NCBI GenBank assembly: GCA_016711085.1
Contig: JADJTR010000005.1
Coordinates: forward strand, 230,727 to 294,726
Length of the DNA: 64,000 nucleotides
Direction: 5' to 3'
Origin: Phyllobacteriaceae bacterium
GTDB taxonomy: Bacteria; Pseudomonadota; Alphaproteobacteria; Rhizobiales; Rhizobiaceae
The notes below the pieces were generated by a model. The model saw only the letters and a list, made by a program, of their open reading frames with translations. It did no database searches and was not told the DNA's origin. The position numbers were made by a program, and so were the translations under genes. Shown one piece after another: positions 35,113-41,652 of the stretch (its first letter is position 1; every line of letters begins with the position of its first letter).

Positions 35113-36155
35113 CTGCGCTCGATTCCCTCAAGAACACAATGAAATACGCCGCCATTCGCGCCGGATTGGAATTGGTCGCGCTAACCGGCGCTGGCCGGCT
35201 GTTTCCTGCGGCCGCCGGCCGCGGCGTGGTTTTCACGCTCCACCACGTTCGGCCGCGAAGGGAGCAGGGATTCGCGCCCAACGGCCATCTTTCGGTCACC
35301 CCGGAGTTCCTCGCCGATGCGGCCGAGACTGCTCTGGCCGAAGGCCTCGTCCCCGTCGTGCTTGAGGATCTTCCGGTCGTTCTTGCCGACAGGACCGACT
35401 CGCGCCGTTTCGTCTGCTTCACCTTCGATGACGGGTACCGAAACAATGCCGAACACGCATTGCCGGTGCTGCGAAGATACGGCATTCCGGCGACCATATT
35501 CATCACCGCGGGCTTCGTGGAGCGCACCCGTTCCATGTGGTGGGAAACGGCCGAGGCGCTGTCCCTGCTGCCGACGCCATTGTCGATCGATCTCGGCGAC
35601 GGACCGATGAACCTGCCTTTGCAGTCAAAGGCCGACCGCATAAACGCCTTTGTGCGCATCGCGCGTTTTGTTGCAACCGCCGAGGAAGACCACGCCGTGG
35701 ACGTCATCGACGCGGCGGCGCGTGCGCGCGGCGTCGATCCGCTTGCCATCGTCGACCGCCTTGTCATGTCGGCGACGGAACTCCGCACCCTCGCGGCCGA
35801 TCCGTTGGTCCGTTTCGGCGCGCATACGCTGAGCCATGTCAATCTGCGTCGCATCGGCGAGGAGCGGCTCGTCCGCGAACTCAAGTGCTCCGCCGACGCG
35901 GTCGAGCGCTATGTCGGCTACCGGCCGCGCGCATTCGCCTATCCCTACGGTTTCCCGGGCGCGGTCGGCGAACGGGAGGAACGGGCCGCCGCCAACGCCG
36001 GTTTCGAAGTCGCCGTCACCACCCAGCCCGGCATGCTTTGCCCGGCCGCGCTGAAAAACGTCACGGCGCTGAAGCGCGTCTCGCTCAACGGCTACTACCA
36101 GAAGCCGCGTTATGTCCGGTCGTTGATCTCCGGCCTGCCGTTCAAATTCGCCTGA
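35109..36155 (+). CDS. polysaccharide deacetylase (NodB homology) family protein
   Basis: In-frame tail of ORF 33936..36155. GTG 35109 overlaps the ATP-grasp stop (alternative ATG at 35139). NodB motifs FTFDDGYRNN and HTLSH. Confidence 0.75.
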   Translation: MTALDSLKNTMKYAAIRAGLELVALTGAGRLFPAAAGRGVVFTLHHVRPRREQGFAPNGHLSVTPEFLADAAETALAEGLVPVVLEDLPVVLADRTDSRRFVCFTFDDGYRNNAEHALPVLRRYGIPATIFITAGFVERTRSMWWETAEALSLLPTPLSIDLGDGPMNLPLQSKADRINAFVRIARFVATAEEDHAVDVIDAAARARGVDPLAIVDRLVMSATELRTLAADPLVRFGAHTLSHVNLRRIGEERLVRELKCSADAVERYVGYRPRAFAYPYGFPGAVGEREERAAANAGFEVAVTTQPGMLCPAALKNVTALKRVSLNGYYQKPRYVRSLISGLPFKFA

Positions 36156-36163
36156 CGACACGC

Positions 36164-37009
36164 TCAGCGATTGGCGAACATCGCGTAGTCGATGATGCGC
36201 ACCGCATCGAGGAAACCCGGCATCGGCTGCGACGGCGTTTCGGAAAACAAGCCGCTCTTGAGGATCGCCGGACGCGCCCAGCCGATGGCGTTGTGGCTCG
36301 ACGAACCATAAACGAGAATGCAATCGCGCGGGTTTGCCCGCAGCGATGCTTCCAGATTGGCGATCACGACCTGGAACAGGTCCTTGGAAAACGGATTGTA
36401 GAAATAGACGAAAAGCGGTCCGCCCGGGAATTCATAGGTGGTCGCATCCGCTTCGATGACATCAATGGCGCGGCATTTCTGCGCCGGATCGATGAAATCA
36501 GCCACGTTTCGCCGTGCAATGGCGCAAAGCTCTCGCGCGAATTCCACGCCGATGACACGCGTGAACGGAAACCGCGAGGCGAGAAGCAGCGTCCGCCCCT
36601 TGCCGCAGCCGATATCGATGAAGGTATGTCGCGAAAGATCGCGGCCGACTTGGTCGAGGATGAAATCCATCGACTTGGGCGAAGTGCAAACGCATTCGTT
36701 CCCCTTGGACGCGTTGGGGCCGATGACGTCGAGCGCATCGAGCTGGATCGACCCTGCGGTGTCGACGTTGAAGCGCGCATCCCATCGACGCGCCAGTCGA
36801 TCGGCGACCAGATGGCGGACATTGCGCCGTAGGAAATCCCAGGCGCCGGACAGGCCGTGCTTTCTCAGCAGCGCCACAACCCCGCCAGGCCCCAGATCCC
36901 GCAGCGCATTGAGCGCTCTTGTGAACCGCCCGCTGGACCGGTCGGCCACATTCGCCCGATCGGGGCGGGTCTCCGAAATGGACATCGGCGCGTTCCTCCG
37001 TTGCAGCAC
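36164..37009 (-). CDS. class I SAM-dependent methyltransferase
   Basis: 281-aa ORF with SAM motif I FIDIGCGKGRTLLLAS. Alternative start MSISE at 36985. Confidence 0.7.
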   Translation of the reverse strand: MLQRRNAPMSISETRPDRANVADRSSGRFTRALNALRDLGPGGVVALLRKHGLSGAWDFLRRNVRHLVADRLARRWDARFNVDTAGSIQLDALDVIGPNASKGNECVCTSPKSMDFILDQVGRDLSRHTFIDIGCGKGRTLLLASRFPFTRVIGVEFARELCAIARRNVADFIDPAQKCRAIDVIEADATTYEFPGGPLFVYFYNPFSKDLFQVVIANLEASLRANPRDCILVYGSSSHNAIGWARPAILKSGLFSETPSQPMPGFLDAVRIIDYAMFANR

Positions 37010-37211
37010 TGCGCAAACCAGAAGCTTATAGGCCGTGTTCCTTTCTTCGCCGTAAATCGCAAACGCGACGGAGAACCCACGAGCATGGCCTTTCCCGAAA
37101 GCGGCGAATCCCGGGCCCCGGAGAGGTCAGAGCACCGCGCGGCGATGCCTTCGGGCCGCACGCATGACGCCGGCGGGCCTACGCCCGACGCCTTACCGTC
37201 TCGTAAAACAA

Positions 37212-37809
37212 TCACGCCAGCATCGGCCACAACGTCGCGGCGAGCGCCACACCCATGGCGATGTTGAACCATTTGAGCCGCGCCGGATCGGCAAGGAAGC
37301 CGCGCAGGCCTTGCCCGAAAGCCGCCCAAAGCGAAACGCAAGGCAAATTGACCAAAGTGAAGACGCCGGCGATGATCGCCACCGAGAAGAATGGCCGGGC
37401 CGGATCGGTGTAGAGCGCCATCGCCGTCACCGCCATCACCCAAGGCTTTCACATTGACCCATTGAAACGCCGCCGCGCCGAGAAAGGTCATCGGTTTGGC
37501 TTCCGCGCCCTTGCCATTCGACAGCGACCGGGCCGAGGCGATTTTCCACGACAGCCACAGCAGATAGGCGCCGCCGGCGATCTTGAGGCCGAGATGCAGC
37601 GCCGGAACCGCGGTCATCAGCGCGCCGAGGCCGAGGCCGACCGCGCAAAGCAGCACGCCGAAGCCGAGCGAGATGCCGAGCATGTGCGGGATCGTGAGGC
37701 GAAAGCCGAAATTCACGCCCGAGGCGAGAAGCATCAGGTTGTTCGGCCCCGGCGTGATCGAGGATACGATGCCGTAGACGGTCAGGGCGAGGATGGTGTC
37801 GAAGCTCAT
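37212..37809 (-). pseudogene. LysE/RhtB-family amino-acid exporter, frame broken once
   Basis: ORF 36865..37809 starts MSFDTILALTVYGIVSSITPGPNNLMLLASG and loses sense after FQWVNVKA. The true C-terminus (WVMAVTAMALYTDPARP...LWPMLA) is ORF 37212..37439. One extra nt lies near 37441-37443. Confidence 0.75.
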
Positions 37810-37949
37810 GCCTGCGATATTAGGTCAATACTATTGACCTATCAAGGGCGACACCGATCACTCCAGGCGGACCTCGAGATCGAGCAGGCGCCCGACGAAG
37901 GAGCGCAAGAGGGTGTCCGTCCCTGTCCGGAACACGCCCGGTACGCCGG

Positions 37950-38111
37950 TCAATCGCCGGCCTGGCCCCCCTTGGCCTGCGCCGCCCTGGCGTCGTCGAC
38001 CAGCATCTTTTCGGCCGCCTGCTTGATCGCCTCGATCGTCGTGACGCCGCGCCGGCGCGCCAGTTCGCGCACCACGGCTTCGGTCAGGGCGTCGTCGATC
38101 TGGATCGGCAT
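37950..38111 (-). CDS. VapB-like (Rv0623/PSK-type) antitoxin, 53 aa, not in the ORF track
   Basis: Reverse-strand ATG at 38111 with GGGAGG 6-7 nt upstream. Translates MPIQIDDALTEAVVRELARRRGVTTIEAIKQAAEKMLVDDARAAQAKGGQAGD, then TGA. The ...RELA..RG.T..EAI pattern is typical of this antitoxin family. Confidence 0.5.
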   Translation of the reverse strand: MPIQIDDALTEAVVRELARRRGVTTIEAIKQAAEKMLVDDARAAQAKGGQAGD

Positions 38112-38157
38112 GTCCGGCCTCCCTATTTTGGGAGACCATAGCAGCCTGAAGGGCGCT

Positions 38158-38730
38158 TTACATCGCCTCGGCGCCCCGGTTCATCGCCGCCACGCCGGTG
38201 CGGCACACCTCGACCAGGCCGAGCGGCGCCATGATAGCGAGGAACTGGTCGATCTTCGACGGCTTCCCGGTGATCTCGAAAATGAAATGGCCGACATTGG
38301 CGTCGATGACGTTGGCGCGGAAGGCGTCGGCGAGGCGCAGCGCCTCGACGCGGGAATCGCCCTTTCCCGCGACCTTGACCATGGCGAGTTCGCGCTCGAC
38401 CGGCTTGCCGTGGCCGGCGTCCAGCGCCGCCACGGTCAAGTCGGTGACGCGATGCACCGGCACGATGCGCTCGAGCTGGTTCTTGATCTGATCCAGCACA
38501 TGCGGCGTGCCGGTCGTCACGATGGTGATGCGCGACAGATGCGCCGCGTGCTCGGTCTCCGACACCGTCAGGCTCTCGATGTTGTAGCCGCGGCCGGAAA
38601 ACAGCCCGATGACGCGGGCGAGCACGCCGGGCTCGTTGTCGACAAGCACGGAAAGCGTGTGCCGCTCCGGCGTCGCCGTTTCCTTGGCGATGAAGTAGGC
38701 CGAACCGGTCGGCTGCAGTTGCGCGTTCAT
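38158..38730 (-). CDS. ilvH: acetolactate synthase small (regulatory) subunit
   Basis: Last 190 codons of ORF 38158..39309 from MNAQLQPTGS (38730). ACT domain HTLSVLVDNEPGVLARVIGLFSGRGYNIESLTV. Confidence 0.9.
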   Translation of the reverse strand: MNAQLQPTGSAYFIAKETATPERHTLSVLVDNEPGVLARVIGLFSGRGYNIESLTVSETEHAAHLSRITIVTTGTPHVLDQIKNQLERIVPVHRVTDLTVAALDAGHGKPVERELAMVKVAGKGDSRVEALRLADAFRANVIDANVGHFIFEITGKPSKIDQFLAIMAPLGLVEVCRTGVAAMNRGAEAM

Positions 38731-38747
38731 GGGGAATGTCCTTCCGG

Positions 38748-40535
38748 TTAAACCAATTGCCGGCCCTTGGCGTCGATGGCGTTGGCCACCGCCTCGTCGG
38801 TCGCCTCGTCCGGCAGCAGCATCTCGTTGTGCGCCTTGCCCGACGGGATCATCGGGAAGCAGTTGGCGAGATTGGCCACCTCGCAGTCGAAGATCACCGG
38901 CTTCTTCACCGCGATCATCTCGTCGATCGCCGCGTCGAGATCGCCCGGCTTGGCGCAACGGATGCCGTGCCCGCCATAGGCTTTCGCCAGCATGACGAAA
39001 TCCGGCATCGCCTCGGTGTACGAGTTCGACAGGCGGTTGCCGTGCAGCAATTGCTGCCATTGGCGCACCATGCCCATGTAATGGTTGTTCATGATGAAGA
39101 TCTTGATCGGCGCGCCGAATTGCACCGCCGTCGCCATTTCCTGGATCGTCATCTGCACCGAGGCGTCGCCGGCGATGTCGATGACGAGGGCTTCCGGGTG
39201 CGCGATCTGCACGCCGAGCGCCGCCGGCAGGCCGTAGCCCATGGTGCCGAGCCCGCCCGAGGTCATCCAGCGGTTCGGCTTCTCGAAGCCGTAGAACTGC
39301 GCCGCCCACATCTGGTGCTGGCCCACTTCCGTGGTGATGTAGGTGTCCTTGTCCTTGGTCTTTTCATACAGCCGCTGCAGCGCGTATTGCGGCATGATGA
39401 TGTCCTTGTTCGCCTTGTAGGCGAGGCAGTTGCGCGCCCGCCATTTGGCGATCTGCTCCCACCACGGCTCGAGCTTCTTCTTGTCCGGCTTGGCGGTGGC
39501 CCGCCACAGCCGGACCATGTCCTCCAGCACGCGGCCGACATCGCCGAGGATCGGCACGTCGACATGCACGTTTTTGTTCAGCGACGACGGGTCGATGTCG
39601 ATGTGGATCTTTTTCGAGTGCGGCGAGAACGCGTTGAGCCGTCCGGTGATGCGGTCGTCAAAGCGCGCGCCGATGGCGACCATCACGTCGCAATCGTGCA
39701 TCGCCATGTTGGCCTCGTAGGTGCCGTGCATGCCGAGCATGCCGAGCCAGTGCTTGCCGCTCGCCGGATAGGCGCCGAGACCCATCAGCGTCGAGGTCAC
39801 CGGAAAGCCGGTCAGTTCGGCCAGTTCGCGTAAGAGATGGCTCGCCTCCGTGCCCGAATTGATGACGCCGCCGCCCGAATAGATCACCGGGCGCCTGGCC
39901 TCCGCCATCATCGCCACGGCGCGCTTGATTTGATCGAGATCGCCGGTCAGCTTCGGCTGGTAGGAGGCGCGCGGCGCGCCGTTCGGCGGCGTGTAGACGC
40001 CCTTGGCGAACTGCACATCCTTCGGGATGTCGACCACCACCGGTCCGGGCCGGCCGGTTGTCGCCACGCGGAACGCCTCGTGGATGGTTGCGGCGAGCTG
40101 ATTGACGTCCTTCACCAGCCAATTGTGCTTGGTGCAGGGCCGCGTGATGCCGACCGTGTCGCATTCCTGGAAGGCGTCGGAGCCGATCAGCGGAGTCGGC
40201 ACCTGGCCGGTCAGGCAGACGAGCGGGATCGAATCCATCAGCGCGTCCTGCAGCGGCGTGACCATGTTGGTCGCGCCGGGACCGGAGGTCACCAGCGCCA
40301 CGCCCGGCTTGCCGGTGGAGCGGGCGTAACCCTCGGCCGCGTGGCCGGCGCCCTGCTCGTGGCGCACCAGGATGTGCTGCAATTCCTCCTGCTGGAAGAT
40401 TTCGTCGTAGATCGGCAGCACTGCCCCGCCCGGATAACCGAAGACATGCTTGACGCCATTGTCGATCAGCGCCTGCACCACCATTTCCGCGCCGGTCATC
40501 TCGCGCGGGCCCGTTTCTTTCGTCTGCCGTGCCAT
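38748..40535 (-). CDS. ilvI: acetolactate synthase large (catalytic) subunit
   Basis: 595-aa ORF with TPP-enzyme motifs (GYPGGAVLPIYD, GLGTMGYGLPAALG, GDASVQM). Confidence 0.95.
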   Translation of the reverse strand: MARQTKETGPREMTGAEMVVQALIDNGVKHVFGYPGGAVLPIYDEIFQQEELQHILVRHEQGAGHAAEGYARSTGKPGVALVTSGPGATNMVTPLQDALMDSIPLVCLTGQVPTPLIGSDAFQECDTVGITRPCTKHNWLVKDVNQLAATIHEAFRVATTGRPGPVVVDIPKDVQFAKGVYTPPNGAPRASYQPKLTGDLDQIKRAVAMMAEARRPVIYSGGGVINSGTEASHLLRELAELTGFPVTSTLMGLGAYPASGKHWLGMLGMHGTYEANMAMHDCDVMVAIGARFDDRITGRLNAFSPHSKKIHIDIDPSSLNKNVHVDVPILGDVGRVLEDMVRLWRATAKPDKKKLEPWWEQIAKWRARNCLAYKANKDIIMPQYALQRLYEKTKDKDTYITTEVGQHQMWAAQFYGFEKPNRWMTSGGLGTMGYGLPAALGVQIAHPEALVIDIAGDASVQMTIQEMATAVQFGAPIKIFIMNNHYMGMVRQWQQLLHGNRLSNSYTEAMPDFVMLAKAYGGHGIRCAKPGDLDAAIDEMIAVKKPVIFDCEVANLANCFPMIPSGKAHNEMLLPDEATDEAVANAIDAKGRQLV

Positions 40536-40591
40536 CTGTTCAGGTCCGTTCTCTTCGCATTCGAGGGTCGTCTAACGCTTTCGCGGCCAAT

Positions 40592-40613
40592 AAAAAAGGC
40601 CCCCGGAGGAGCC
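40592..40613 (-). terminator. intrinsic terminator/attenuator in the ilvIH leader
   Basis: On the reverse strand: GGCUCC-uccg-GGGGCC followed by UUUUUUAUU. Lies ~55 nt upstream of the ilvI ATG and ~35 nt downstream of the candidate leader peptide. Confidence 0.5.
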
Positions 40614-40647
40614 TGCGTGTCGCGCATGGGAGGCTTTCGCCGGAGGG

Positions 40648-40701
40648 CTACGCCCCCCTGCCCACGCGCGATCCTACGACGAGAATGGCCTGATGTGTCA
40701 T
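40648..40701 (-). promoter_or_regulatory. candidate ilvIH leader peptide (17 codons, Ile-Leu-Val-Val run)
   Basis: Reverse-strand ATG at 40701 gives MTHQAILVVGSRVGRGA-stop. Branched-chain residues are clustered and it lies upstream of the terminator hairpin. No good Shine-Dalgarno sequence seen. Confidence 0.35.
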
Positions 40702-40897
40702 GGGCGCGGATAAAAGGCCCTTCCCCGGCCTGAGTCAAGTGCGCCGAACGGCGCAGGGCGCCGGCTATCCTCTCCCCGCCGGGGGTCCGGAGGACGGGTC
40801 GAGGCAAGCGACTCGACCCCGGAACGGACGAGAGCGCCCGGAACGGGCGCGATCGGGTGAGGGGGCAAACCAGGGTTTGGTTTGTATTGCTTCAATC

Positions 40898-40918
40898 TGT
40901 ATATGATGGCAATATACA
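40898..40918. promoter_or_regulatory. inverted repeat, candidate BrnA operator in the AT-rich brnT promoter region
   Basis: TGTATAT-gatggca-ATATACA ends 3 nt before the brnT ATG (40922). The surrounding ~45 nt are the most AT-rich stretch in this intergenic region. Confidence 0.4.
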
Positions 40919-40921
40919 ATT

Positions 40922-41221
40922 ATGATCGACTGGAGCCTTATCGTTGGGTTCGACTGGGACATCGGCAACGCCCGGAAAAGTGTCGACAAACACGATGTCG
41001 CCCAGGCGGAAGCCGAGCAGGTCTTCTTCAATGAACCTCTGCTCGTGCTGCCGGACGAAAGGCACAGCAGGGATGAGGTGCGCATCCACGCGTTGGGACA
41101 AACCGACGATGGCCGCCTACTGCATTTGACCTTCACGCTGAGGCGGGACGCAACACTGATCCGGGTGATCTCGGCCCGGGACATGAGCCGCAAGGAGCGG
41201 ACGCATTATGAAAAAGCCTGA
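40922..41221 (+). CDS. brnT: BrnT-family toxin (DUF497 ribonuclease type)
   Basis: 99-aa ORF ...FDWDIGNARKSVDKHDVAQAEAEQVF...RIHALGQTDDGRLLHLTFTLRRDATLIRVISARDMSRKERTHYE matches the BrnT pattern (F.WD..K...N..KHGV.F.EA..VF...R.ISAR.A...E...Y). Confidence 0.8.
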   Translation: MIDWSLIVGFDWDIGNARKSVDKHDVAQAEAEQVFFNEPLLVLPDERHSRDEVRIHALGQTDDGRLLHLTFTLRRDATLIRVISARDMSRKERTHYEKA

Positions 41222-41603
41222 ACCCGCCTTCGCCTCGGAAGCCGAGGAACGCGCCTTCTGGGAAAGCCACGATTCGGCCGACCGGCTCGACTGGTCGAAG
41301 GCGGGAAAGCTGCGCCTGCCGAATCTGAAGCCCTCGTCCGTCTCGATTTCGCTGCGCCTGCCGCAATCCCTGCTTGAGCGCATCAAGATCGCCGCCGCCA
41401 AACGCGACGTGCCTTACCAGTCGCTGATCAAGGTCTGGCTGAACGAAAAGGCGGACGGGGAAGGTAAAAGACTACCTCGCCCGAACCGCGCCGACGCCTA
41501 CCGCGACGAAGAGCGGCACGTCCTGCCTCTTCCCTTCCCTGCTTGCGGGGAGGGTGTCGCCCGCAGGGCGACGGGTAGGGGTGGCCGCGAAGCGGCGGCG
41601 TGA
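41208..41603 (+). CDS. brnA: BrnA-family antitoxin with a ~50-aa C-terminal extension
   Basis: Overlaps the brnT end by 14 nt. ...EERAFWESHDS...SVSISLRLPQSLLERIKIAAAKRDVPYQSLIKVWLNEK is the BrnA/CopG-like core. The ORF then reads through a REP-like hairpin pair to the stop at 41603. Confidence 0.75.
   Translation: MKKPEPAFASEAEERAFWESHDSADRLDWSKAGKLRLPNLKPSSVSISLRLPQSLLERIKIAAAKRDVPYQSLIKVWLNEKADGEGKRLPRPNRADAYRDEERHVLPLPFPACGEGVARRATGRGGREAAA
41532..41580. repeat. REP-like double hairpin (solo copy)
   Basis: CTTCCCTGC-tt-GCGGGGAGG followed by TCGCCC-gca-GGGCGA and ACGGGTAGGGG. The same arm-plus-tail architecture recurs at 46265-46300, and related stems recur at 45061-45129. Confidence 0.45.
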
Positions 41604-41652
41604 ACTGCGCATAAGCGCCTTCCTACGGCCCAGTCGACCAAAGAGGACAACC

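Noticed and set aside
36865-37211. C-terminal third of ORF 36865..37809, which overlaps the methyltransferase gene
   Set aside because: It is out-of-frame read-through after the LysE-family frame break. The genuine C-terminus is ORF 37212..37439.
37858-38139. 93-aa ORF from the track as a gene
   Set aside because: Its composition (Arg/Gly/Asp-rich) is shadow-like. The credible gene here is the 53-codon VapB-like ORF in a different frame. Only the last ~31 codons are discussed, as a possible toxin stub.
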